This document shows, in pieces, positions 22,459 through 31,289 of a stretch of 64,000 bases of DNA. The translations under genes and the position numbers were made by a program. Each line of letters starts with the position of its first letter. The first letter of the stretch is position 1. The notes under the pieces are model-generated. The model had not been told where the DNA came from, did not search any database, and was given only the letters and a program-made list of their open reading frames with translations. Source of the stretch: Candidatus Nomurabacteria bacterium (GTDB lineage Bacteria > Patescibacteriota > Minisyncoccia > Phycocordibacterales > UBA9973); contig JAPLXS010000006.1 of NCBI GenBank assembly GCA_026395965.1, positions 118,683 to 182,682 on the forward strand, given 5' to 3'.

Positions 22459-22697
22459 ACAAAGGACCACTAATTAAGAATTCAAAATAAATAATTCCGG
22501 CTACAAGCTATTTGGTATTAACAACTTATAGTATTAAATTTTCAATGATCTTCTCTTCCCAAATGTACTTATATAAAACAAGAACATAGGGATACTATAT
22601 ACTACCACATCTAGCAATAAAATACCAGGGGTAATACACATAAATATTATATATGGAGTCATTTAAATATGCAACATATATGACCCAATTACGGATT

Positions 22698-22724
22698 AAA
22701 AATTAGGAATTAAGAATTAGAAAT
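22698..22724. repeat. (GAATTAR)n heptanucleotide array
   Basis: aaattaggaattaagaattagaaatac. Confidence 0.7.
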
Positions 22725-22826
22725 ACGAGCATACAATGAGGCCGTAGTGGGACTTGAGGGTGATACTCAGCTATACCCCTGTTTTGTGATTACATATGGA
22801 TTAAATATCCACCTAGACATTCATTA

Positions 22827-22866
22827 AAACACTCCCCAGAAAGCTCCGCTTTCTGGGGAGTGTTTT
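22827..22866 (-). terminator. rho-independent terminator of the 22889..23743 gene
   Basis: aaaacactccccagaaagc-ggagctttctggggagtgtttt with a T-tract on the minus strand. Confidence 0.65.
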
Positions 22867-22870
22867 AATG

Positions 22871-22901
22871 ATTCATAATTCATAATTTTTAATTCGTAAT
22901 T
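22871..22901. repeat. heptanucleotide array (AATTAYG variants) overlapping the stop codon of the 22889..23743 gene
   Basis: Minus strand reads aattacgaattaaaaattatgaattatgaatc. The TAA stop and last codons (IITN*) lie inside the array. Confidence 0.6.
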
Positions 22902-23743
22902 ATACTATACCTGCTCCATCTTTTTGCACCTGTCTTTTTGATGTGTCCTTTAGAGATGAGGGTGTTTAATTCGCGTTGAATTGTCTTTTCTGAACAGTTC
23001 GTGAATGCCAGTGATATGTCTTTTATTGAAATTCCCTCTTCACCGATTTGTATGCCTTTCTTATCTTTTATCATGCTCAATATTTTTGCTGTTCGGTCAT
23101 TTCTGTCTGATAGATTTGTCTCATAAGATTTTATTTTTTGAGGATAAGAAAGCGATAAAGGACTCTTGCGATTTGTAAGAGACATTCCATCTAATGATGT
23201 CCCTTTGTTGTTTGAAAATTGCTCTTTATTGTGATTAAAACTATCTACATTTCCGAGAGATATTTCGCTCTCATTTTCCTCTGGCAGATGAAACATTTTG
23301 TCGTCCAATTTGAAAGTAAAATGTTTGTCTTTCTCTTGGCTTGATTTCAAATCAGAAGCTAGTATAGAGAACTCTTTTTTTAGTATTGAAGTATTCATCT
23401 CTGAGATGAAACCTATAGTATGAGCTATCTCTATAAAAGAAAGTAGTTCGTATATGTGAGTTAGTGATACAGAAATATAAGAATGCTTTTCTACTGGAGA
23501 CAATGTAGAGAGCTTATATATATCGGACAGAAGTTCTACACCTAGTAAACGAAGCTTCCCCTTTAGTGCATCGTCTGTGTCCATGCAATCAGAAACCAAA
23601 TACAAAGCTGTCACTAGCTTCTCTGTCTTTTTGTTTGCAAAATGAGAAACATGTATATTTGACAATGATTTTATATCAGAGACATCAGAATGTCCGTATG
23701 TATTTAAGCTTGTCTTTTGTATGTCTTTTTGATTATTTATCAT
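22889..23743 (-). CDS. hypothetical protein with C-terminal winged-helix-like segment
   Basis: The C-terminus (ISIKDISLAFTNCSEKTIQRELNTLISKGHIKKTGAKRWSRYSI) looks like a wHTH. The rest has no recognisable domain. Confidence 0.35.
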   Translation of the reverse strand: MINNQKDIQKTSLNTYGHSDVSDIKSLSNIHVSHFANKKTEKLVTALYLVSDCMDTDDALKGKLRLLGVELLSDIYKLSTLSPVEKHSYISVSLTHIYELLSFIEIAHTIGFISEMNTSILKKEFSILASDLKSSQEKDKHFTFKLDDKMFHLPEENESEISLGNVDSFNHNKEQFSNNKGTSLDGMSLTNRKSPLSLSYPQKIKSYETNLSDRNDRTAKILSMIKDKKGIQIGEEGISIKDISLAFTNCSEKTIQRELNTLISKGHIKKTGAKRWSRYSIITN

Positions 23744-23839
23744 GTCTTTTTAGTATCACTTGATGAGTACTTATGTCTTTAATGTGTCCATTATACACTC
23801 ATTTTTCTTGAGTGCAATAGGAAGAAAAATGAGTGTATA

Positions 23840-23875
23840 AAATTAATAATTAGGAATTAGGAATTAAGAATTGAA
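23840..23875. repeat. (GAATTAR)n heptanucleotide array
   Basis: aaattaataattaggaattaggaattaagaattgaa. Confidence 0.7.
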
Positions 23876-23936
23876 TACAGAAATAATTATAAAATAATTG
23901 AAAATTTGGAATTTTAAATACGAAACACAGGTTCAT

Positions 23937-23986
23937 TTTTTAGACGTCGGATATCTATTAGTAAACAGGTGTCCGACGTCTAAAAT
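23937..23986. repeat. TAGACGTCCGACA-family long palindrome
   Basis: tttagacgtcgga-tatctattagtaaacaggtg-tccgacgtctaaa. Confidence 0.7.
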
Positions 23987-24000
23987 TGAGCTCCTGATCA

Positions 24001-24033
24001 CATTCTTAATTGTTAATTCTTAATTTGTAATTG
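24001..24033. repeat. (GAATTAR)n heptanucleotide array (reverse orientation)
   Basis: cattcttaattgttaattcttaatttgtaattg. Confidence 0.65.
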
Positions 24034-24280
24034 ACCTTAAGTGTGGATAACTTTTACATTAATATAATCCCTAGATGAACAACACCCGAAGCCAATTTTG
24101 ATGTTGGAAGTCTTAAGATTTTAATAGATGGATATGCTATAATGCATACACAAATTGTGATCCAAATTGAGATGGTTTTAAGACAAATTACTGAGTGTTT
24201 TTTAGATTACTAAATTAAATATTATTAACTTAATTAACAAAAGATAGGACCCCACTTACCGAGGAAATATCCCAAGAGAA

Positions 24281-26518
24281 ATGGCAAAAAAAGATAAAGA
24301 AAAAGAAGATGTTGAGAGCACATCCAAACAAGGAAATAGGAAGAATAAAAATATTAAGAAAGTAGAAATGAGAGAAGAGATTCGCATGAGTATTTGGGGT
24401 ATAACTTTTATGTTTCTCGGTCTTTTGATAACCTTATCTGTTTTCAAAATGGCTGGTCCTGTGGGCGATTTTATTTACGATAAATTGAGTGCATTCTTTG
24501 GGCTTGGGTACTTTCTCCTACCTGTACTTCTAGTAGTGATAGGATATTCTTTTTTGAAAAAAGAAAGACCACAAGTTGCAAAAATTCACGCTATCTTTGG
24601 TCTCGCTACACTACTCTCTACACTAGGAATAATGGACCTCGCAGCCAATGGAAAAGAGGCATCGGTCAATATAACTTTTGGTGGGTATCTAGGTAGTATT
24701 GTCGCATGGCCATTCTTGAAACTTTTCGGAGTATATGCAGGGATACTTTTGCTTGGAGCAATACTCATTACCTCTCTTATTATCTTGTGTGACGAGAGAC
24801 CAAACTTGGTAGAACTATTTAAAAAGTTTTGGAGTTTTTTGAAGAGAGATATTCGTACACCAAAAATCGATAATGAAGAAGGGGAAGAAAATTACGAATT
24901 AGAAGAAAATAAAATAGAGACAAAAGAATCAGCAGTAAAAACAAATGTAGTAGAATACGATGAGAACCCCGTAGAAGAAAAACAAGAAGGTCGCGCTTCA
25001 AAGGACACTGCGCGACATGATTCTGCAGAATCAGATATGAAGGTAAAGAAATTTACTACTGACTACATACCTCCCCCAATGTCTCTCTTAGAAAAAGATA
25101 AGGGTAAGCCAAACACAGGAGACATGAAAGGCAACATGAATATAATACAGAGAACTCTCCTCACCTTCGGTGTATCCGTAGAAATGGATGAAGTAACTGT
25201 CGGACCAACTGTTACTCGCTACGCAATGAAACCTGCACAAGGAGTAAAACTCTCACGCATAGTAGGACTTCAAAATGAACTAGCACTAGCACTCTCTGCA
25301 CGTACTATACGTATCGAAGCACCTATCCCTGGAAAGTCACTTGTGGGTATCGAAATACCAAACAAAGTAAAATCTATGGTTGGACTCGCTACACTTCTAT
25401 CTGATGATTTATTCCAAAACTCTGCAAAGCCACTCACTGTCGCACTCGGACGTGGACTATCTGGAAAGTCAGTATTTGGAAACATAGCAAAAATGCCACA
25501 CTTGCTAGTAGCAGGAACAACTGGTTCTGGTAAGTCTGTAACAATACACTCAATCATCACTTCCCTACTCTACAAAAATGGACCAGAAGATTTGAGACTA
25601 ATACTAGTGGATCCAAAAAGAGTAGAACTAACTTTGTATAACAAAATCCCCCACTTACTCACTCCAGTTATTACTGACCCAAAGAAAACAATCTTGGCTC
25701 TAAAGTGGGCAGCAAAAGAAATGGATAGACGCTACGACTTACTCCAAGCTCATTCTGTGCAAAATATAGAATCATACCAATCTAATGTTTATGGAAAAGC
25801 AAAGAAAGATGAGGTTATAGAAAAACTCCCTTATATAGTTATCTTTATCGATGAACTTGCAGATATAATGCAGTCATACCCTAGAGAGCTAGAAAGTGCT
25901 ATCGTTCGTCTTGCTCAGATGTCTCGTGCTGTGGGAATACACTTAATACTATCTACACAGAGACCATCTGTGAATGTCATCACAGGACTAATCAAGGCCA
26001 ATATTCCTACTCGTGTAGCTCTACAGGTGTCATCACAGATAGACTCCCGAACTATTTTAGACCATGGTGGTGCCGAACTACTAGGTGCTGGAGACATGCT
26101 CTACTCTTGTGCAGAAACTCCTCACCCAGAGAGAATACAGAGTGCATTTATATCTGAAGAAGAAGTTAAAAAAGTGGTAGAATACTTACGTAAGGCTTAT
26201 ATAGATGAAATACCTAGTACAATAGAACTATCTGGAAGTATAGATAAAGGAGGAAACAATCTTTTCAATGACAGTATCGGTGGAGATGATGGAGATGATG
26301 ACCTATATGAAGATGCAAGAATGACAGTTATAGAGGCAGGCAAAGCATCTACTTCATACCTACAGAGAAAACTTGGTATCGGATACGCTCGCGCAGCTAA
26401 ACTCATAGATATGCTAGAAGAACGTCATGTAATAGGAGCTGGTAATGGAGCAAAACCAAGAGATGTACTAGAAAAAGGAGTGAATAATACAGATGATATG
26501 ATTATGGGTAAGGAATAA
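24281..26518 (+). CDS. ftsK: DNA translocase FtsK/SpoIIIE
   Basis: N-terminal TM helices, Walker A LLVAGTTGSGKS, and a C-terminal gamma wHTH domain (YLQRKLGIGYARAAKLIDMLEE). Confidence 0.9.
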   Translation: MAKKDKEKEDVESTSKQGNRKNKNIKKVEMREEIRMSIWGITFMFLGLLITLSVFKMAGPVGDFIYDKLSAFFGLGYFLLPVLLVVIGYSFLKKERPQVAKIHAIFGLATLLSTLGIMDLAANGKEASVNITFGGYLGSIVAWPFLKLFGVYAGILLLGAILITSLIILCDERPNLVELFKKFWSFLKRDIRTPKIDNEEGEENYELEENKIETKESAVKTNVVEYDENPVEEKQEGRASKDTARHDSAESDMKVKKFTTDYIPPPMSLLEKDKGKPNTGDMKGNMNIIQRTLLTFGVSVEMDEVTVGPTVTRYAMKPAQGVKLSRIVGLQNELALALSARTIRIEAPIPGKSLVGIEIPNKVKSMVGLATLLSDDLFQNSAKPLTVALGRGLSGKSVFGNIAKMPHLLVAGTTGSGKSVTIHSIITSLLYKNGPEDLRLILVDPKRVELTLYNKIPHLLTPVITDPKKTILALKWAAKEMDRRYDLLQAHSVQNIESYQSNVYGKAKKDEVIEKLPYIVIFIDELADIMQSYPRELESAIVRLAQMSRAVGIHLILSTQRPSVNVITGLIKANIPTRVALQVSSQIDSRTILDHGGAELLGAGDMLYSCAETPHPERIQSAFISEEEVKKVVEYLRKAYIDEIPSTIELSGSIDKGGNNLFNDSIGGDDGDDDLYEDARMTVIEAGKASTSYLQRKLGIGYARAAKLIDMLEERHVIGAGNGAKPRDVLEKGVNNTDDMIMGKE

Positions 26519-26582
26519 TTAGGAATTAGGAATTTAGAAACAATAAGAGGGGTAAAAAATTAGGAATTAAAATACAATAAGA
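26515..26582. repeat. two (GAATTAR)n heptanucleotide arrays abutting the ftsK stop
   Basis: aataattaggaattaggaatttag ... aaattaggaattaaaatac. The ftsK TAA stop lies at the array edge. Confidence 0.65.
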
Positions 26583-26596
26583 ATACAGATACAATT

Positions 26597-26992
26597 ATGC
26601 AATTAAAAACTATAAAAAATAAAAATATGAAATGGTGGCTAGGAACAATATCCTGCGTAACACTATTTTCTATTATTATGATTTTTGGTTATGAAAAAAT
26701 GTTCTTTATGTTCCATGGAGTAAAAATAGAAGCTAGTATGGTACAAAGTGTTGACTCTCCCCTAACGATAGTGTCTGGCAAAGCAGAGAAAGCTATATAC
26801 TTATCTCTAAACGGTAGAGAAATATTTATAGATAAAAAAGGAAACTTTTCTGAATCGATAGCAGTGCTTCCTGGATTTTCTGTAATCACACTTAGCGCTG
26901 AAGATAAATTTGGAAAGACCGCAGAGAAAAAGTTTGAAATGGTTAAAGAAGAAAGTGTGCCAGCAGTAGCATTAGCAGCAACTAGTAACTAG
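26597..26992 (+). CDS. hypothetical membrane-anchored protein (131 aa)
   Basis: Single N-terminal TM helix. No recognisable domain. Confidence 0.3.
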   Translation: MQLKTIKNKNMKWWLGTISCVTLFSIIMIFGYEKMFFMFHGVKIEASMVQSVDSPLTIVSGKAEKAIYLSLNGREIFIDKKGNFSESIAVLPGFSVITLSAEDKFGKTAEKKFEMVKEESVPAVALAATSN

Positions 26993-27000
26993 AAATAAGG

Positions 27001-27130
27001 AAACTAAATTTAAATTTAAAATATATCTTTCCAAAGGGTACGAAAATTTTTTACTAAAAATTTTCTGAAGTGTTCGTTTCGACAAACTCACAACCCCCTT
27101 TGATAAGAATATTTTAAATTTAAATTTAGT
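27001..27130. repeat. ~130-bp element bounded by perfect 23-bp inverted repeats (aactaaatttaaatttaaaatat)
   Basis: 27001-27023 is the exact reverse complement of 27108-27130. The core contains a nested palindrome gaaaatttttTACTaaaaattttc. It lies immediately upstream of recA. Confidence 0.65.
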
Positions 27131-27159
27131 TAGTAATTTATTAATTAACATAATCATAT

Positions 27160-28242
27160 ATGATAAAAAAAGCAAAAAAGGCTCCAAAAGAAACAGGTGG
27201 TGCAATAGAAGATACAATTAGATCAATCCAAACAAAGTTTGGAGAAGGTGCAATTATGAAACTTGGAGATGCTCCAAAGGTAGACATAGATGTCATTCCT
27301 ACTGGCTCAATAGGGCTAGATATGGCTCTAGGAGTAGGTGGAGTACCAAGAGGCCGTATGATAGAAATATATGGACCGGAATCATCTGGTAAGACTACCC
27401 TAGCACTACACATAGTAGCTGAAGCTCAAAAGAAAGGTGGTGTATGTGCTTATATAGATGCTGAACACGCAATGGATCCAGACTATGCTGCTAAACTAGG
27501 GGTAAACATAAAAGACCTGCTTATATCTCAACCAGACAATGGTGAACAAGGATTAGAGATTACAGAGAGTCTTATTCGCTCTGGCAAGATAGATGTTATC
27601 GTTATCGACTCAGTAGCAGCATTAACACCCAAAGATGAAATAGAGGGAGATATGGGTCAATCACACGTAGGTAAACAAGCACGTCTAATGTCTCAAGCTC
27701 TTAGAAAGCTTACTGCTATAGTTGCCCACTCAAAAACTGTAGTTATATTTATCAACCAGATTCGTATGCAAATAGGAGTCATGTTTGGTAATCCTGAAAC
27801 AACTCCAGGAGGAAAGGCATTGAAGTTTTATACTACTATCCGTCTAGATATTCGCCGTATTGCTCAGATAAAAAAAGGTGAAGAAGTAGTAGGAAGTAGA
27901 ACAAGAGTAAAAGTGGTAAAAAATAAAGTCGCTGCCCCATTTAAACAGACAGAGTTTGATATACTTTACGGTGAAGGAATTTCTCGAGAAGGAGAAATAA
28001 TGGCTCTAGGCGAAAAACTAGGAGTTATCAGTAAATCAAGTGGAGCTATATACACTTATCTTGGAACTGCAAAACAAAAAGAAAAAGGACCGGTAGAAGA
28101 AATAAAACTAGGTCGTGGATATGATGCAGCTCGTACTTTTCTTCGTGGAAACAAAAAACTCTCTGATGAAATACTAAAAGAAGTAAGATTGAGATTTGGA
28201 GAGATACAAAGTACTGGTGGAAGTTCAGGAGATGAAGAATAA
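27160..28242 (+). CDS. recA: recombinase RecA
   Basis: Walker [11 protein letters not shown]1/L2 loops, and full-length RecA conservation. Confidence 0.95.
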   Translation: MIKKAKKAPKETGGAIEDTIRSIQTKFGEGAIMKLGDAPKVDIDVIPTGSIGLDMALGVGGVPRGRMIEIYGPESSGKTTLALHIVAEAQKKGGVCAYIDAEHAMDPDYAAKLGVNIKDLLISQPDNGEQGLEITESLIRSGKIDVIVIDSVAALTPKDEIEGDMGQSHVGKQARLMSQALRKLTAIVAHSKTVVIFINQIRMQIGVMFGNPETTPGGKALKFYTTIRLDIRRIAQIKKGEEVVGSRTRVKVVKNKVAAPFKQTEFDILYGEGISREGEIMALGEKLGVISKSSGAIYTYLGTAKQKEKGPVEEIKLGRGYDAARTFLRGNKKLSDEILKEVRLRFGEIQSTGGSSGDEE

Positions 28243-28277
28243 GAAGAATTAAGAATTTATAATTACGAATTAGGAAT
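28243..28277. repeat. heptanucleotide array immediately after the recA stop
   Basis: gaattaagaatttataattacgaattaggaatac. Confidence 0.65.
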
Positions 28278-28288
28278 ACAGAGTGGGT

Positions 28289-28322
28289 TGCCGAAGGCAA
28301 CCCACTCTGTATTTATTTGTGT
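28289..28322 (+). terminator. rho-independent terminator of recA
   Basis: acagagtgggttgccgaaggcaacccactctgtatttatttg. Confidence 0.7.
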
Positions 28323-28442
28323 CCCCTGTTTTAATTTATTAAATATCTATACTGATTCACTAAAATAACCTATGGTAAAATCAATAGATTGGCTTACATA
28401 TGCCATAGTAAATACTTAGCATTTAAAAAATATATTGAATAA

Positions 28443-28491
28443 AATAAACTAACTCACTTTACGCTATAGCGTAAAGTGAGTTAGTTTATTT
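28443..28491. repeat. palindrome with ACGCTATAGCGT core
   Basis: aataaactaactcactttacgctatagcgtaaagtgagttagtttatt. The core is shared with 54048-54095. Confidence 0.6.
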
Positions 28492-28629
28492 ATAAAATTA
28501 TTATATGCTAGAAATCTAACGATTCATAGGCTCAATGACCTCTAATATACCCATTAAATATTGCCTTGAGAATAGCAGTACATTCTGTTATAATCGACTT
28601 ATTATTAAATCGCTAGCAACTAATTATAT

Positions 28630-29208
28630 ATGCTTGAATACAGTGAAATTTGTACAAAAAAAATAATAATCTACGAGAATGAGCCATGTGAAGTTATGGA
28701 AAACCATGTAGCCCGTACTCAACAAAGAAAGCCTCAAAATCAGGTAAAGCTAAAGAGTTTACTATCTGGACGTACTTGGAATACAGTATTTCATGCATCA
28801 GACAAGGCAGAGGAAGCAGATATTAGTAAAAAAGAAGTTAAATTCTTATATGCTAGTAAAGATGAATTTTGGTTCTCAAGCCCTACTGATCCAAAAGACC
28901 GTTTTACAATTACAGCAAAAATCATTGGCGATGCATCTAAATTCTTAAAAGCCAACGAAAATGCAACTGCAGTAGTCTGGGATAATGATGGAGAGGAACA
29001 AATCATAAAGATATCTACTCCTATCAAAATGGAATTTGTAATCAAAGACTGTCCACCATCAATAAAAGGAAGTACTGCTTCAGGTGGAGGTAAACTTGCA
29101 ACACTTGAAAATGATGTAAAAGTTCAAGTTCCCTTCTTTATAGAAACTGGCGACAAGGTTATAGTAAATACTGAAACTGGTGAATATGTAGAAAGAGTAC
29201 AGAAATAA
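28630..29208 (+). CDS. efp: elongation factor P
   Basis: N-terminal KOW-like motif (QQRKPQNQVKLKSLLSG) and the C-terminal motif VPFFIETGDKVIVNTETGEYVERV. Confidence 0.8.
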   Translation: MLEYSEICTKKIIIYENEPCEVMENHVARTQQRKPQNQVKLKSLLSGRTWNTVFHASDKAEEADISKKEVKFLYASKDEFWFSSPTDPKDRFTITAKIIGDASKFLKANENATAVVWDNDGEEQIIKISTPIKMEFVIKDCPPSIKGSTASGGGKLATLENDVKVQVPFFIETGDKVIVNTETGEYVERVQK

Positions 29209-29270
29209 AAGTTAGTAACTAGGATTTAGAGACTAGGTACTAGCAAATACAAAATATACAGTTGGGATTA

Positions 29271-29308
29271 CCCATTCAAAGGCCGTCGGAAGACGGCCTT
29301 TGAAATTT
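29271..29308 (+). terminator. rho-independent terminator of efp
   Basis: ttcaaaggccgtcggaagacggcctttgaaattt. Confidence 0.7.
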
Positions 29309-29395
29309 ACAGTGATTAATCTTTCTTTACCGGTCTAAACCTATGGGTTTGATTTGGTAATCTATAAAATATTAAAATACCTGACGAAAAACAAT

Positions 29396-29425
29396 AAAAA
29401 CCACCCGGATGGGTGGTTTTTATAT
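29396..29425 (-). terminator. terminator of rplK (bidirectional hairpin)
   Basis: aaaaaccacccggatgggtggtttttat. Confidence 0.65.
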
Positions 29426-29432
29426 TTGAGTA

Positions 29433-29861
29433 TTAGTCTACTATTGTTATTCCTGCTGAGCGAGCTGAACCTTCTATTATTTTCATTGCTCCTTCTATGT
29501 TTTTAGCATTAAGGTCGGGCATTTTCTTAATAGCGATCTCTTTCACTTGAGCTTTTGTGATAGTACCTACTTTTGAAACGTTTGGTTTTCCTGAACCTTT
29601 CTCTACTCCTGCTGCTTTTAATATTAGTCCAGCAACTGGAGGAGTTTTGATTTTGATATCATAAGTTCTATCTTCAAAAACAGTAATAAGAACTCCAACT
29701 GTTTCCCCTGCCATAGCGGCAGTCATTGCGTTAAACTTTTGACAGAATTCGGCAATGTTTACTCCGGCTTGTCCTAGTGCAGGTCCAAGTGGTGGAGCTG
29801 GTGTAGCCTTTGCAGCTGCGATTTGTAATTTTACTTTCTTTATAATTTTTTTTGCTGCCAT
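29433..29861 (-). CDS. rplK: 50S ribosomal protein L11
   Basis: [36 protein letters not shown] is a canonical L11 N-terminus. Confidence 0.95.
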   Translation of the reverse strand: MAAKKIIKKVKLQIAAAKATPAPPLGPALGQAGVNIAEFCQKFNAMTAAMAGETVGVLITVFEDRTYDIKIKTPPVAGLILKAAGVEKGSGKPNVSKVGTITKAQVKEIAIKKMPDLNAKNIEGAMKIIEGSARSAGITIVD

Positions 29862-29869
29862 ATAAATAG

Positions 29870-29912
29870 ATAATTAAGAATTAATAATTAGGAATTAAGA
29901 ATCTAGTGATTA
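29870..29912. repeat. (GAATTAR)n heptanucleotide array in the rplK 5' leader
   Basis: taattaagaattaataattaggaattaagaatctag. Confidence 0.65.
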
Positions 29913-30116
29913 TTTTCTAGAAAATACTTAATAATTGAAGCTTAGCGTAACGGGTGTAATATAACATAATTGGGCTCATAATACAATGTAGTAAGGAGAA
30001 AGTAGCAGGTAGTAAGGATAAGTGTATTTTAATTAGTTTAAGATTTTTAAAAATCGATTAAATAGTATTAGATGCGAGGCAAAGATGGGCATTATGAATA
30101 TTTTATAATTGAATCA

Positions 30117-30163
30117 AAATAGACGTCCGACATCTGTTGGTACAGGTGTCGGACGTCTATTAA
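30117..30163. repeat. TAGACGTCCGACA-family long palindrome
   Basis: aatagacgtccgacatctg-ttggta-caggtgtcggacgtctatt. Confidence 0.7.
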
Positions 30164-30185
30164 GATGATGCTATTTTACTAATAG

Positions 30186-30311
30186 TAAAATTAAAAAAAT
30201 GGCATTAGATGCGAGGCGCAGGCGAGGATTGCGACCAAAATGTATATTGATACATTGCGGAAGCAACCGGAGCCTGCAACAAAGCAGATAATGCCATTTT
30301 TTTAATTTTAA
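30186..30311. repeat. ~125-bp element bounded by perfect 21-bp inverted repeats (aaaattaaaaaaatggcatta); right arm covers the nusG stop codon
   Basis: 30187-30207 is the reverse complement of 30289-30309. A degenerate partial copy of its left end (attagatgcgaggc) lies at 30065-30100. Confidence 0.65.
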
Positions 30312-30859
30312 AGTTTTTTGATTTGTAGGAAGTCTAGCTCAACTGGAGTCTCACGTCCGAACATTGAAACAAGGACTTTTATCTTACCGCGTTCACGGTC
30401 TACATCACTAACCTTGCCTTCAAGGTCTTTAAATGGACCATCTGCAATACGAACCATCTCTCCTACTTCTGTATCTATCTGGTGTTTATTTTTTGAATCA
30501 ACTTTTTCCATTCTACTGAAAAGTTCATCAACTTCATTTTTGGCCAATGGAACTGGATTTACCCCTGCTCCTACGAAACCTGTTACGCGAGGAGTATTTC
30601 TAACTACGTACCATGAGTTGTCGTCTACTATCATATCTACAAGTACATAACCTGGGTAAACTTTTTCCTCAACTTCAACACGCTTTCCAGCTTTTATTTT
30701 TATTTTCTTTTCAACCGGAACAACAACAGAAAATATCTTATCGTTCATTCCAAGTGAATCTATACGCTGTTTCAAATTACGCATAACTGCATTCTCATAA
30801 CCAGCATAAGTATGAATTGCGTACCAATTTCTTTCTCCTCTTAATTCTTGTTTTGCCAT
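30308..30859 (-). CDS. nusG: transcription termination/antitermination factor NusG
   Basis: NGN domain (WYAIHTYAGYENAV) and a C-terminal KOW (GKRVEV...GYVLV). Confidence 0.9.
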   Translation of the reverse strand: MAKQELRGERNWYAIHTYAGYENAVMRNLKQRIDSLGMNDKIFSVVVPVEKKIKIKAGKRVEVEEKVYPGYVLVDMIVDDNSWYVVRNTPRVTGFVGAGVNPVPLAKNEVDELFSRMEKVDSKNKHQIDTEVGEMVRIADGPFKDLEGKVSDVDRERGKIKVLVSMFGRETPVELDFLQIKKL

Positions 30860-30892
30860 AATATATTAAAAATCTGCCTACCGGCAGGAAGG

Positions 30893-31078
30893 TTATCTTG
30901 TTAATAATAATTTAAGACCTTGTCCAAATATAAAATCTAGAAAACCTAGATAGTACGCAACTATAGCAGATACTGCTAAAACAGAAATAGTAAAATATAT
31001 TGTTTGTTTTTGAGTTGGCCAGGTTACATTTTTACCTTCTGCTATTACTTCTTTTATGTATTCTTTAGTTTTATTCAT
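30893..31078 (-). CDS. secE: preprotein translocase subunit SecE
   Basis: 61 aa with a single C-terminal TM helix. Conserved position upstream of nusG. Confidence 0.7.
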   Translation of the reverse strand: MNKTKEYIKEVIAEGKNVTWPTQKQTIYFTISVLAVSAIVAYYLGFLDFIFGQGLKLLLTR

Positions 31079-31289
31079 CCCATCAGAGATAGTTTCGCCA
31101 AAGTTGAAACGTATCTAATTAAATATTGTTAATAATATAAGCTTTATAATTGTTTTTACTATCTATGTAGAAAATAAATCACACATCTCTAACAGGGACT
31201 TGTATATTTTCTTAGTTCTAGTAAAAAACACCCCGGGGGTGTATTAAATATATATTAACACTTTTATTGAGATAGCGCAATGTAGAACA

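Noticed and set aside
22027-24033. Heptamer arrays considered as a CRISPR array
   Set aside because: The unit is 7 bp with no unique spacers and no cas genes. It is not a CRISPR.
24586-26406. Antisense ORFs within ftsK (24586..24768, 24819..25001, 25270..25560, 25915..26097, 26197..26406)
   Set aside because: They are embedded opposite a strongly supported FtsK ORF. No domain is recognisable.
27060-27085. Possible LexA/Cheo box upstream of recA (gtgttcgtttcgacaaac)
   Set aside because: Does not match the CGAAC-N4-GTTCG or CTGT-N8-ACAG consensus. No lexA gene is visible in the window.
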